A stretch of 64,000 nucleotides of DNA, from assembly GCA_963713855.1 (NCBI GenBank), contig OY970209.1, positions 480,001-544,000 on the forward strand, in the 5' to 3' direction. Source of the DNA: an uncultured bacterium (lineage in GTDB: Bacteria > Babelota > Babeliae > Babelales > Babelaceae). The position numbers and the translations under genes were made by a program. The notes beneath the pieces are model-generated. The model ran no database searches. It saw nothing but the letters and a program-made list of their open reading frames with translations, and was not told where the DNA came from. Position 1 is the first letter of the stretch; each line of letters starts with the position of its first letter. Positions 26,879 to 36,243 of this stretch are shown here, piece by piece.

Positions 26879-27487
26879 TTAAAGTGTGGGATGCAAGAAA
26901 GCTTTGTAGTCAATCTGAAAACAACCTCTGCAGCGTGCTTGATAATTTTCTTCTGCACCAATAAGAATAAGGGGATCTTTAAATGCGGCTGGCTTATTGT
27001 TGACCATGCGCTGAGTAAAATGAGCATCATTCCCGCAAGACATGCATACGGCGTGCAGTTTTGTAACAGTATCTGCAAGAGCCATCAACGCAGGCATGCA
27101 TCCAAAAGGAAGTCCCCTAAAGTCCATATCAAGCCCTGCCACAATAACGTGCTTTTGTTGTTCGATGAGATGTTGTATGAAAGGGACGATAGCTGTGGAG
27201 AAAAATTGTACCTCGTCAATGCCAATGACTTCTGTGTTTTCGTCTAACGCTTGACGCATGCGCTCCTCGTTATCAAGCGCTAATGCCTCCAAAGCATCTC
27301 CGTTATGCGCGTGTATCTTTTCGATGGTGACTCTCTTATCAAGGCTGTGCTTAAAAACTTGGACAGGTAACTTTGCTATTTGCGCCCTACGTAAACGGCG
27401 AATAAGTTCTTCAGTTTTACCTGAAAACATTGAACCACAAATAACCTCACATTTTCCCTGTCTTTTTTGCATGATATGTTTCCTCAC
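26879..27487 (-). CDS. tdk: Thymidine kinase
   Basis: GSMFSGKTEELIRR, IGIDEVQFF, AGLDMDF, Zn-binding C..CG and CR.C; start may be the ATG at 27472. Confidence 0.97.
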   Translation of the reverse strand: MRKHIMQKRQGKCEVICGSMFSGKTEELIRRLRRAQIAKLPVQVFKHSLDKRVTIEKIHAHNGDALEALALDNEERMRQALDENTEVIGIDEVQFFSTAIVPFIQHLIEQQKHVIVAGLDMDFRGLPFGCMPALMALADTVTKLHAVCMSCGNDAHFTQRMVNNKPAAFKDPLILIGAEENYQARCRGCFQIDYKAFLHPTL

Positions 27488-27489
27488 CG

Positions 27490-29364
27490 TTACTTTGTAA
27501 GCTTTAAGTGTAGCTCTTTTTTAAGCCTTTGATAGTGTTTTCTTATTTCCTCAATCGACGCTCCATCATCCAAAGTACCGGTATCTTGAAGCTCCTGATC
27601 AGTAATGATATTTTTAAGAAGCCTTCTCATAATTTTTCCCGAGCGAGTTTTAGGCAAGTGTTCTACGTAATAGATTGCGTTAGGTGTAACGAAAGGACCT
27701 ATCGCATTGCGAACGTGTTCCTTAATTTTGCATGAGAGCTCATCACTGGGTGTGGCGCTAGTTTTGAGTGTGACGAAAAGAATTACCCGTTCACCCCGAA
27801 CTTCATCGGGTAGACCTATAGCCGCGGCTTCGCAAACTAATGGATGGGTGAGAGCTCCGCTTTCAATTTCTGCAGTACCAACCCTATGTCCAGAAAGGTT
27901 AAGTACCTCATCAGCTCTTCCCAATATCCAAAAATAGCCCTCAGTATCCTTAATAGCATAATCACCTGTGTAATAGTATCCGGGAAATTTTGACCAGTAC
28001 GTCGCATGCATGCGTTCAGGGTCATTATATATACCTATCGCCATGCCAGGCCACGGCTTTTTAATAACGAGATACCCCTTTTTTCCTGGAAGTGCAGGTA
28101 CCCCTTGCTCGTCAAGAACATAAGCTTCAATGCAGGGTAGAGGTTTTGAAACACTGCCCGGTTTTAATTGATCTGTATTTTGATGCGCTCTGGGTGCTAT
28201 CATGAACCCACCAGTCTCTGTTTGCCACCATGTATCAATAATAGGACAACGTTCACGTCCGATGTACTTAAAATACCAATTCCAGACCTCTGGGCTTATC
28301 GGCTCACCAACTGTTCCGAGAGTTTTTAAAGAGCTTAAATCGTACTTTAGCGGCCAGCTTGGTCCAGCCTTTATCGCCATACGAATCGCTGTTGGAGCGG
28401 TATAGAAAATTGATATTTTGTACTCCTCGATAGCGCGCCACCATACGCCCGGATCAGGCCAATCAGGTGCGCCTTCAAACATAAAACTTGTAATTCCGTG
28501 CATCAATGGAGCATAAAGCACATACGAATGACCTGTTATCCAACCTATATCTCCTGTGCACCAATAGATAGCATTTTTCTGGGGATTGAAAGCCCATTTA
28601 AATGTAGCATAGCAGTAGGTTAGATAACCTCCTGTGGAGTGTATAAGTCCTTTCGGTTTTCCAGTTGTTCCCGACGTATAGAGTACAAATAATGGATGAT
28701 TTGATTCCACCGGTTCTGGTGCTCTATAGCCGCTTTGTTTACCGTCATAGATAACGTCTCGATTTTTAACGAGAGTGATTGGCTCGTTACGCCGTTGTAT
28801 GATGAGCACTTTTTTAACGCAGTCCGTTTTTGACAGAGCTTCATCGACATCATTTTTTAAAAGTGTATATTTTCCGCGTCTTATTGCGTAATCAGCGGTA
28901 ATAAGAAATTCAGCTTTAACGTCTTTGATGCGGTCGCATAAGGCGTTACTGCTAAAGCCAGAAAATACTACCACATGTGTGGCTCCTAATCGTGCGATAG
29001 CGAGTAAAGCAGCAATAGCCTCGGGAATCATGGGCAAATAGACAACTACCCGATCACCTTTACGTACACCTAGTTTTTCGAGCGTAATCGCAAAGCTATT
29101 GATTCTCTCATATAGATCACAATAACTCCATTCAGTTTTTAAACCTTCCTCATTGCACCACAAAAGTGCTTTCTTATCACCGTTGCCAGCAGCCACATGT
29201 ACATCAGCGCAAAGGTAAGAAGCATTGAGCTTGCCATCCAAAAACCAATGTGCAAAGGGCTCATGCCATCTCAACGCTTGAGTCCATTTGGTAAACCAAG
29301 CTAGATTTTCTGCTTCTTTTTGCCAGCGTTTTAAGCAAGCGTCTGTTAGTGTTGAACTGTTCAT
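27490..29364 (-). CDS. acs: Acetyl-CoA synthetase
   Basis: YTSGTTGKPKG, DIGWITGHSY, DTWWQTETGG, GRADEV, PKTRSGKIMRR. Confidence 0.97.
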   Translation of the reverse strand: MNSSTLTDACLKRWQKEAENLAWFTKWTQALRWHEPFAHWFLDGKLNASYLCADVHVAAGNGDKKALLWCNEEGLKTEWSYCDLYERINSFAITLEKLGVRKGDRVVVYLPMIPEAIAALLAIARLGATHVVVFSGFSSNALCDRIKDVKAEFLITADYAIRRGKYTLLKNDVDEALSKTDCVKKVLIIQRRNEPITLVKNRDVIYDGKQSGYRAPEPVESNHPLFVLYTSGTTGKPKGLIHSTGGYLTYCYATFKWAFNPQKNAIYWCTGDIGWITGHSYVLYAPLMHGITSFMFEGAPDWPDPGVWWRAIEEYKISIFYTAPTAIRMAIKAGPSWPLKYDLSSLKTLGTVGEPISPEVWNWYFKYIGRERCPIIDTWWQTETGGFMIAPRAHQNTDQLKPGSVSKPLPCIEAYVLDEQGVPALPGKKGYLVIKKPWPGMAIGIYNDPERMHATYWSKFPGYYYTGDYAIKDTEGYFWILGRADEVLNLSGHRVGTAEIESGALTHPLVCEAAAIGLPDEVRGERVILFVTLKTSATPSDELSCKIKEHVRNAIGPFVTPNAIYYVEHLPKTRSGKIMRRLLKNIITDQELQDTGTLDDGASIEEIRKHYQRLKKELHLKLTK

Positions 29365-29582
29365 AAAGAACCTAATAGAAGAAATTTTTGTATAGCGTAA
29401 ATAAAAAAAATGGGCATGTATAATGCATTCTGCATCTAAAATAGGTTGCTTTTTTATATGGATGCTATACCATGTCGACAGACATTATCGCATAAGATAG
29501 TAGCCAAATCTTAAGCAATCTTCAATGAAAAGAATGCTTGTTTGTAGTTTGTATTGAGTTTTTAGTCACTAGAGGAGATACT

Positions 29583-30521
29583 ATGCAATCGTATCGTTAT
29601 TTATCAGTTTTGCTATTGTTTAGCAGTGGATTGGCCTATTCAGACACAACGCCAGATGCTAAAACAACAACTCAGAGGGTGGTTAAAAAAAATGTACCAC
29701 GCGGTACTTCAATCGAAAATGAGGCTAAACCTATAACTGCTGAGCCAATAGTTTTAGAAAAAAAAGAAACTATTGAGTTCAAAAGTGAAACCGAAGCTAC
29801 AAAAGTTTCTGCCGAAGAAGTAACCATAGACTTCAAAAGTCCCGCTATAGTGGATGCTCAAGCGGTAACAACGCAAGAACCTTCGCCTTCTGAAAAAGAG
29901 GCTACTCTTAAAGATGCTCAAGATTCTTTAAAAGCTGCTAATGAAGACAAGGACGATGAAGATGAGGCTGATGAAGAGTCTGACGATGCCGACTCAGAAG
30001 AAGCTGATACCGCAGAAGCTGTTGAATCGACCTCTCCTTTAAGCTATAAAGCCCAGGCAGATAAAGTTAATAGCGATGCTCAAAAAGAAGCTGCTGAAAA
30101 TGATGAAGATGGCAGCGACGATGAAAATGATGCTTCAGATGATGATGACGGCGACGACGAAGATGACGATAACGACTCTCAAGAGCCTGACGATAAAGAG
30201 GAGGAAAGTGCTGACGAAGTTACATCCGCGACAGATGATGATTTTGTGGAGTCTGAAGCTGAAAAGTCCGAGTTAGCTGCTCTAGAAACTGAGTTCAAGG
30301 TAGAACTTTCTAAGGTTCTTGATCAAGGTGTTAAAGATCTTTTGGAAAAGTATCCTAAAATTGCAGAACTGCTCAATGAAGGCTCCTATAGTATTGAGTA
30401 TACTTTTAGTCCAAGTACAGACAGCGAGCAATCAAAAGAACATGAAGGAAGCCCTTTTTTTACTTCCGATCAAAAGAAAGCTGAGTTCATGAGTATTTTA
30501 GAGGAAAGAGAAATACTGTAA
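29583..30521 (+). CDS. Secreted, highly acidic low-complexity protein
   Basis: GAGGAG RBS, signal peptide MQSYRYLSVLLLFSSGLAYS, long Asp/Glu tracts. Confidence 0.8.
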   Translation: MQSYRYLSVLLLFSSGLAYSDTTPDAKTTTQRVVKKNVPRGTSIENEAKPITAEPIVLEKKETIEFKSETEATKVSAEEVTIDFKSPAIVDAQAVTTQEPSPSEKEATLKDAQDSLKAANEDKDDEDEADEESDDADSEEADTAEAVESTSPLSYKAQADKVNSDAQKEAAENDEDGSDDENDASDDDDGDDEDDDNDSQEPDDKEEESADEVTSATDDDFVESEAEKSELAALETEFKVELSKVLDQGVKDLLEKYPKIAELLNEGSYSIEYTFSPSTDSEQSKEHEGSPFFTSDQKKAEFMSILEEREIL

Positions 30522-30529
30522 GCTCATCA

Positions 30530-30563
30530 ATGTAGAAGGCTCCGTTTAAAGAGCCTTCTACAT
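30530..30563. terminator. Hairpin between convergent genes
   Basis: ATGTAGAAGGCTC-CGTTTAAA-GAGCCTTCTACAT, 13-bp perfect stem. Confidence 0.75.
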
Positions 30564-30568
30564 GTTAT

Positions 30569-31510
30569 CTAAGAGCGGGCAATTAAGGGACTAAAAATGT
30601 TTTTAGAATATGCTACCGCTAAACCCTGACCAGTATGAAAAGCTTTACAAAGAACGTTCATTTTTGATGCAATAAGGCGCTCTTTTTCTGGTATAGAAAG
30701 GAGAGCGACTTTGTTTTGGGCAATGTCTTGACCTATCTTATTATAGTCTTCGAGAGAAATGATCGATCCTTCATGCTCTATCTGAGTGCTAAAGCGGTAA
30801 ATTAAAGACCAGAGTAACTGGCTAAATGCGTCCGTATCCGGAATAATTCTGTATTCTAATAACAGCTTAAGACTCGAGATGATGTCTTTAAAGATCTGCC
30901 ATGCTTCGAGCGGTTGACTGAAATCCCACTCGAGCTTATCAAGCATGCTCTCTATATAGCGCACGAGAGCCAATTGAGTCTTTTGAAACGTTTTAGCCGG
31001 CTTTAATATCTCTGCGTCAATGCTAAAGCTTAAATTTTCAATGAACCCCTCGATCTCATCTGCTGGTACGTAGATGCCTCCTTGCCCGCATACAGCCTCC
31101 AGTTTTTCAAGTAGGTGTAAACGTATCGATTCTTTGCTAACTACGTTGTTTTCAAATAATGAACCTACCAGTTCTGGAAGACGTATGAGAAAATCGTTGA
31201 GTGCAAAGGGATTTTTTGAGGTACAGCCTTTAAATCTTTGGTGGAATATGTTTGTTACAGCATAAGTGTACTCATAAGGATTTTTTTTGCCCTTTGCATA
31301 CGAAAGTAAATCGATTTCGTTTTGGCACGATCGTGGTAGAAACCCTTTTATAAAAAGCGGATGATTATACCGTCCATAAAACGATTGTAAGCCCTCTACG
31401 CTAAGCTCAACTCTTTCTAAAAAGGGGGTAAGTTCATACTGTGCAAAAGAGAAGCATGATCCTATAAGTAGTGCACTTAACGTAATGCCTATGGCGAGTC
31501 TTTGTATCAT
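30569..31510 (-). CDS. Exported helical hypothetical protein
   Basis: 313-aa ORF with signal peptide and GGGGAGA RBS. Confidence 0.75.
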   Translation of the reverse strand: MIQRLAIGITLSALLIGSCFSFAQYELTPFLERVELSVEGLQSFYGRYNHPLFIKGFLPRSCQNEIDLLSYAKGKKNPYEYTYAVTNIFHQRFKGCTSKNPFALNDFLIRLPELVGSLFENNVVSKESIRLHLLEKLEAVCGQGGIYVPADEIEGFIENLSFSIDAEILKPAKTFQKTQLALVRYIESMLDKLEWDFSQPLEAWQIFKDIISSLKLLLEYRIIPDTDAFSQLLWSLIYRFSTQIEHEGSIISLEDYNKIGQDIAQNKVALLSIPEKERLIASKMNVLCKAFHTGQGLAVAYSKNIFSPLIARS

Positions 31511-31605
31511 ACAGCGTTTCTCCCCTCTAGGAAAAATGGTAAGAAAAATGCTATCATAGAAATATGATAGTAATACGATTGAGAGCTTAAATCAAGAGGT
31601 GCTCA

Positions 31606-32829
31606 GTGGCACTATATGTATATCAGGCACTGTCAAAAGATGGCAAGAGAGTGACGGGGAGTCTGGATGTTGGTTCACCCCAAGCCGCTCGTGCTCAGCT
31701 TATACGAATGGGCCTCTATCCAGTAAAAATAACAGTGGGCGCTGCTCCCTTGGCGGGAGGTACCAAGTGGTGGAAGTCTCTTTTTGCTCCTAGGGTAAGC
31801 CCAAGGGACAAGATTTTTTTTACTAAACAGCTTGCGTTACTTTTAAAGTCCGGTGTTCCGCTCCTTCAAGCTTTAGAGCTTTTAATTGATCAGACAGAGG
31901 CAGGACTTCGTAACATCGTCATAGCGCTAAAAGATAATATAAAAGAAGGCCGCTCTCTTGCGGATTCGTTGGAAGCCTTTCCACGTGTTTTTGATCAAAC
32001 TTACGTTCAACTTGTAAGGGCCGGTGAGGCTTCCGGACGGCTTGAAACGATCTTAGATAGGCTTACAACCTACCTTGAACGAAGGCAAGAAATTGCGCGG
32101 CGGGTTAGAAAAGCCGTGAGCTATCCATTATTTCAGCTCGCTTTTATTTTGCTTATAGTTACAGGCTTACTAGCTTTTGTTGTGCCTCGAATTGCAAGTA
32201 GTTTTGCAAGCGAGGGGACCGAGCTACCGCTTCCTACCCGTATGCTTATGAGCATTTCCGATTTTATTACGAGCTATTGGTGGGCCATAGTGATTTTATT
32301 AGCGCTGGCTTATGGGGCCTATCGTTGGTGGAAGTCAACCTCGTCCGGGGCGCGTACGGTTGATGCTCTTAAGCTCAAAATACCGATAGTGCGTTATTTT
32401 GCTAAAATGGGAGCCGTAGTGCAGTTTAGTCGGACGCTTGGCATGCTTATTGAAGGAGGAGTCAATCTGGCCGAGGCGCTTGGCATTGTGAGTAAAATCG
32501 TTGATAATAAAGTTTTGGCCGATGTTTTAAATGAGGCACGCGAGAATATTATTAAGCAAGGACGTATTGCAGAGTATCTTAAAAAGACCAACCTGTTTCC
32601 TCCCGTTGCCATTTACTTGATAAGCACGGGCGAGCAGAGTGGGCAGCTAGATACGATGCTGTTAACCGTGGCTCAATACTATGAAGCGGAATTGACCGAT
32701 TACTCTGATAGTTTGGCAAGTAAGGTAGGCCCACTGCTGACGGTATTTATGGCGCTTTTGGTAGGCTTTATTGTAGTATCTATAATGCTTCCTATTGTGC
32801 GTATGGGGCAGGTAGTTGAAGGATTCTAA
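31606..32829 (+). CDS. gspF: Type II secretion/type IV pilus inner-membrane platform protein (GspF/PilC)
   Basis: Y.YQA...G....G, FTKQLA.LL.SGVPL, V.AGEASG.L, YP, GEQSGQLD. Confidence 0.95.
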   Translation: MALYVYQALSKDGKRVTGSLDVGSPQAARAQLIRMGLYPVKITVGAAPLAGGTKWWKSLFAPRVSPRDKIFFTKQLALLLKSGVPLLQALELLIDQTEAGLRNIVIALKDNIKEGRSLADSLEAFPRVFDQTYVQLVRAGEASGRLETILDRLTTYLERRQEIARRVRKAVSYPLFQLAFILLIVTGLLAFVVPRIASSFASEGTELPLPTRMLMSISDFITSYWWAIVILLALAYGAYRWWKSTSSGARTVDALKLKIPIVRYFAKMGAVVQFSRTLGMLIEGGVNLAEALGIVSKIVDNKVLADVLNEARENIIKQGRIAEYLKKTNLFPPVAIYLISTGEQSGQLDTMLLTVAQYYEAELTDYSDSLASKVGPLLTVFMALLVGFIVVSIMLPIVRMGQVVEGF

Positions 32830-32857
32830 AAATAAGCACGTTTATAGGAGAACTAAT

Positions 32858-33280
32858 ATGCAAACAGTAAGAACAGCTCGGCGCGGATTCACGCTCATAG
32901 AGCTTATGATAGTTATAGCTATTATAGCTATTATCGGTGCTATAGTGGTGCCAAGCGTGACAAGTGCTGTAAGAAAAGCGCGTATAAAAACCACACGTGT
33001 AGGTCTTGAAAACGTTAAGAATGCCATTGAGTCATACCATGCGGATACAGGACAATATCCACCATCATTGAGCGACCTTAAAACAAGGCCATCGGACGAA
33101 AAAGCTGCAAAGTCTTGGGAAGGTCCTTATATAGAAAGAGAGCTTGTCGACGCATGGAAAAATGAGTATGTCTACACGCTTAATCCTAAAGGGACGCAGC
33201 CTCGATATGAGTTGTACTCGTGGGGAGCCAATGGCGAAGGAAGCCCCGCTGAGGAATGGATACATGCCCGAGAAACGTAA
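32858..33280 (+). CDS. gspG: Major pseudopilin GspG
   Basis: RRG/FTLIE prepilin site; Y..DTG.YP, W.GPY, D.W..EY.Y, YSWGANG. Confidence 0.92.
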   Translation: MQTVRTARRGFTLIELMIVIAIIAIIGAIVVPSVTSAVRKARIKTTRVGLENVKNAIESYHADTGQYPPSLSDLKTRPSDEKAAKSWEGPYIERELVDAWKNEYVYTLNPKGTQPRYELYSWGANGEGSPAEEWIHARET

Positions 33281-33788
33281 AGGCTTTACTCTTGTTGAAG
33301 TTCTTGTGGCTCTTGTTTTGCTGGCGCTACTAGCGGCAATAGTTATACCTCGCTTGACAAGAAGATCGGTGCCGGTCGAGCAAGAGCTTACTCGAAGACT
33401 CAATGAGCTCACTCGTTTGGGCCAACTTGATGCTTTAACGAGCGGCTCTTTGCATCGTATCCATTTCGATTTAAAAAATAGCCGTGTTCTGATTGAGAAG
33501 GCTTCAAAAAAACGTGATAGTCAGGGACATTTGCAGTTTGAGCCTGTAAGTGTTTCCTATAGCACTACCTCCTTTAAGCTTCCCCTTACTCTGGAGATAG
33601 AAAAGTTTTTCGTAAAGGGTAAAAATTTGTTGACTGGTGGCGAAGGAATAACAACGACTGGCGTATGGTTTTACCTCGTTCCAGAAGGCTTGGCGCAAGA
33701 AGTGACTATCAATATTAGAAACACTCAAAACCAACGTGCGACTGCTCTTTCTATTAACCCTTTTACCGCGCAGTTTAGTAAAATATGA
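33264..33788 (+). CDS. Minor pseudopilin (GspH-like)
   Basis: RKG/FTLVE prepilin site; operon position; start placed at MPEKRKG. Confidence 0.8.
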   Translation: MPEKRKGFTLVEVLVALVLLALLAAIVIPRLTRRSVPVEQELTRRLNELTRLGQLDALTSGSLHRIHFDLKNSRVLIEKASKKRDSQGHLQFEPVSVSYSTTSFKLPLTLEIEKFFVKGKNLLTGGEGITTTGVWFYLVPEGLAQEVTINIRNTQNQRATALSINPFTAQFSKI

Positions 33789-34201
33789 TGACGTCCCGTT
33801 CAGGTTTTACGCTTGTTGAAGTTATGATTGCCTTGGCTATAACGGCGCTATCGTTAAGTGCTTTAGCTGGCCTTGAAATTTCGCTTACTCGCTCTACAAC
33901 AAAGGCTTCTGCACGGTTGGCCCGCATGGAGCGCATGTCTTATTTTTGGAACGAGATCAACGCTGAGCTTATACCAAGAGAAAAGCGCGTCAAACGCAGG
34001 TTTGACGAACCCTTGCTTCAGTGTGTCTATGAGCAGCAACAGATTCCAAAAAAATCTTCACTTAAAGATATTAAGGACATTGTTATTGAGCGTATTACGG
34101 GTTCGTGGATCTTTAACGATAAAAAGCGCCAAGAACTATTGATTAGTTTTCGTTATATACCTCAAGAGGAGGATGATGAGACGCGGAATAACGCTCATTG
34201 A
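33785..34201 (+). CDS. Minor pseudopilin (GspI-like)
   Basis: RSG/FTLVEVMIALAI; operon position. Confidence 0.8.
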   Translation: MMTSRSGFTLVEVMIALAITALSLSALAGLEISLTRSTTKASARLARMERMSYFWNEINAELIPREKRVKRRFDEPLLQCVYEQQQIPKKSSLKDIKDIVIERITGSWIFNDKKRQELLISFRYIPQEEDDETRNNAH

Positions 34202-35171
34202 TGTATTAATCGCCCTTGCCATAGGAAGCGTATTAACGCTCCTTTTGTATGGGGCTTTGGCTCAAACAAGCCGTGTGGTAAGATTTGTTGATGCTTTAAC
34301 AGGCATAACTACCGATCTTCTCTTTGCCGGAGATCGTTTGAGTAAAGATATTCAAGGGGCTTTTGTTCCTATACAAGGTCAACTGGAAAAATCCTCTGAG
34401 CGTAAAGAAGAGGCTCAAAAGAAAGAGGGTGCTCAAGATGGGGCGCAAAAAGAAAAAACGGATGATAAGCAGAAAAAAGAGCGGATGACGGATGTATTTA
34501 TCGTTAATGACCTTTCTAAGGGCGTACGAAACGCAAAAGTGCTTCTTACCTTTATTTCGAGTAATCCATTGATCGTGTATGGCGAGTCAACACCCCGCGT
34601 TGTTAGAGTGGTGTACATGCTAGAACCCAATAAGGAAGACTCGAATCTTTTTGAACTTATTCGTTACGAATCTCTTGAGCTTCCACTAAAGACTTTTAAA
34701 GAGCACCAGGCTAAAAAATCTGTCAGAGGGTATCCTTTATTAACGCGTATTCGTCAGATTGCTGTTACTGCCATTGCACGAAAGACCGAGTCTGAGGAAG
34801 AAAAAAAAGAAAAAGCAAAAAAACAAGAAACTGACCTAAAGGATAAAAAAGCCAAGGAAGAAAAAAAGAAAAAGGAGCGTAAGCCCCCTGAATGGGAACG
34901 TGTTTCAACTTGGAACGATGAGGAGCGCATTAAAGAGAAAAAAAGTATAGTGCCTGAAAGTATTCTCATAAAAGGAGTAATGCTGGATGAGCGAAAACGT
35001 GAAGTTCCTTTTGAGTTTTTAATGCCAATTGCTGCGGCTCTGGCAACGCCGATAAAAGTGCCTGAAGAAGTAAAACCGGTACAAAAACCGACAGAGGGTA
35101 AAAGTAACGATAAAGAGGGCAAAAATACTCAAGCGAAGGGTATCGTAGAGATGAAAAAGGTGCAGCCATGA
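34173..35171 (+). CDS. Minor pseudopilin (GspJ-like) with Lys/Glu-rich insertions
   Basis: RRG/ITLIDVLIALAI (Asp at +5); operon position. Confidence 0.78.
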   Translation: MMRRGITLIDVLIALAIGSVLTLLLYGALAQTSRVVRFVDALTGITTDLLFAGDRLSKDIQGAFVPIQGQLEKSSERKEEAQKKEGAQDGAQKEKTDDKQKKERMTDVFIVNDLSKGVRNAKVLLTFISSNPLIVYGESTPRVVRVVYMLEPNKEDSNLFELIRYESLELPLKTFKEHQAKKSVRGYPLLTRIRQIAVTAIARKTESEEEKKEKAKKQETDLKDKKAKEEKKKKERKPPEWERVSTWNDEERIKEKKSIVPESILIKGVMLDERKREVPFEFLMPIAAALATPIKVPEEVKPVQKPTEGKSNDKEGKNTQAKGIVEMKKVQP

Positions 35172-36208
35172 AAAGAGGGTACATACTCGTTCTTGCAACC
35201 TTTATTATAGCTTCATGCATACTTTTAATTTCGCTAGTTGTTAATCGTGTTAATGCGTATCGGCACATGAGTGTTGTATGGGGTGATGTTCAAAAAGCGC
35301 GATGCTTGGCCCTTGGTGGTATTGAAATTGCTATGAGCCAGCTTCAACCACTTTATGCAAAAAAGGCCGCTGAAAGTGAGAAAAAAAAGGAAGAAGGAGA
35401 GGCAAAGCCCAAAAAAGTTTCTCAGGAAGAAAAAACGGCCCCGGCCCGCGTGCTTCTTGATGTTCTTAATACGTGGCAGACCTTTACTTTGAAAGAAAAA
35501 AGCGAAGGTATCGATGGCGAGTGCAAGCTCTATATAAGCTCTGAGGAGGGAAAGATCAACCTTAATGGGCTTTATGATTTTAAAAAACGTCAGCTTGCCG
35601 AAAGTTCAAAAAAAATTGCTAGTTTTTTAACGGAAGGGCTACGAAATACGTTTGAAAGGTCTCGCCAAAAACCAGTCTCATTTATGCGAGTGTTTGAAGG
35701 TCTTTTTAAAAATCGCTCAGTGCCCGTCAATGATGCGACAGAACTTGTAACCGTTCCCGTGCTCCATGGTGTGTCAGAGACTCTATTTGAAGCACCTGAC
35801 TATAAAGGTATTGTCATAACCGATCTTTTTACCATTTTTACTCCGACAGCGACAATAAACCCCCTTCTTATTTCTAAAAGCCTAGGCCAAGCAACTGGGT
35901 TGGCGCCCTCCAAAAATAGAGATTCCAAAGTACTTGAAGAGCTTTCTAGTCTCATACAATCTCCAAATATAAACTGGGAAGATGCTTGGAATAAGGTTTT
36001 AGCAAAAGTCTATGGAAAGGAATATCGTGCTTTACCGGAGACTTTCAAAAATGTCTTTTCTGCCCGATTTGAGGCAAATCTCTTTTCTGTGGTATCCTAT
36101 GGCAAGGTGGGCTCGATTACTCAGAAAGTATGTGCTATTATAGAAAAAAATCGGGACTTATCTGAAAGTGGCCCTCCGTTTATTTGCAAACGGCTGTATT
36201 GGATATAA
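35168..36208 (+). CDS. gspK: Minor pseudopilin GspK-like
   Basis: KRG/YILV without Glu5, A..LA.GGIE.A, EEGKINLN motif. Confidence 0.82.
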   Translation: MKRGYILVLATFIIASCILLISLVVNRVNAYRHMSVVWGDVQKARCLALGGIEIAMSQLQPLYAKKAAESEKKKEEGEAKPKKVSQEEKTAPARVLLDVLNTWQTFTLKEKSEGIDGECKLYISSEEGKINLNGLYDFKKRQLAESSKKIASFLTEGLRNTFERSRQKPVSFMRVFEGLFKNRSVPVNDATELVTVPVLHGVSETLFEAPDYKGIVITDLFTIFTPTATINPLLISKSLGQATGLAPSKNRDSKVLEELSSLIQSPNINWEDAWNKVLAKVYGKEYRALPETFKNVFSARFEANLFSVVSYGKVGSITQKVCAIIEKNRDLSESGPPFICKRLYWI

Positions 36209-36243
36209 ACTATTGCAGCTATATTTACTGTGAGATCTTTAAC

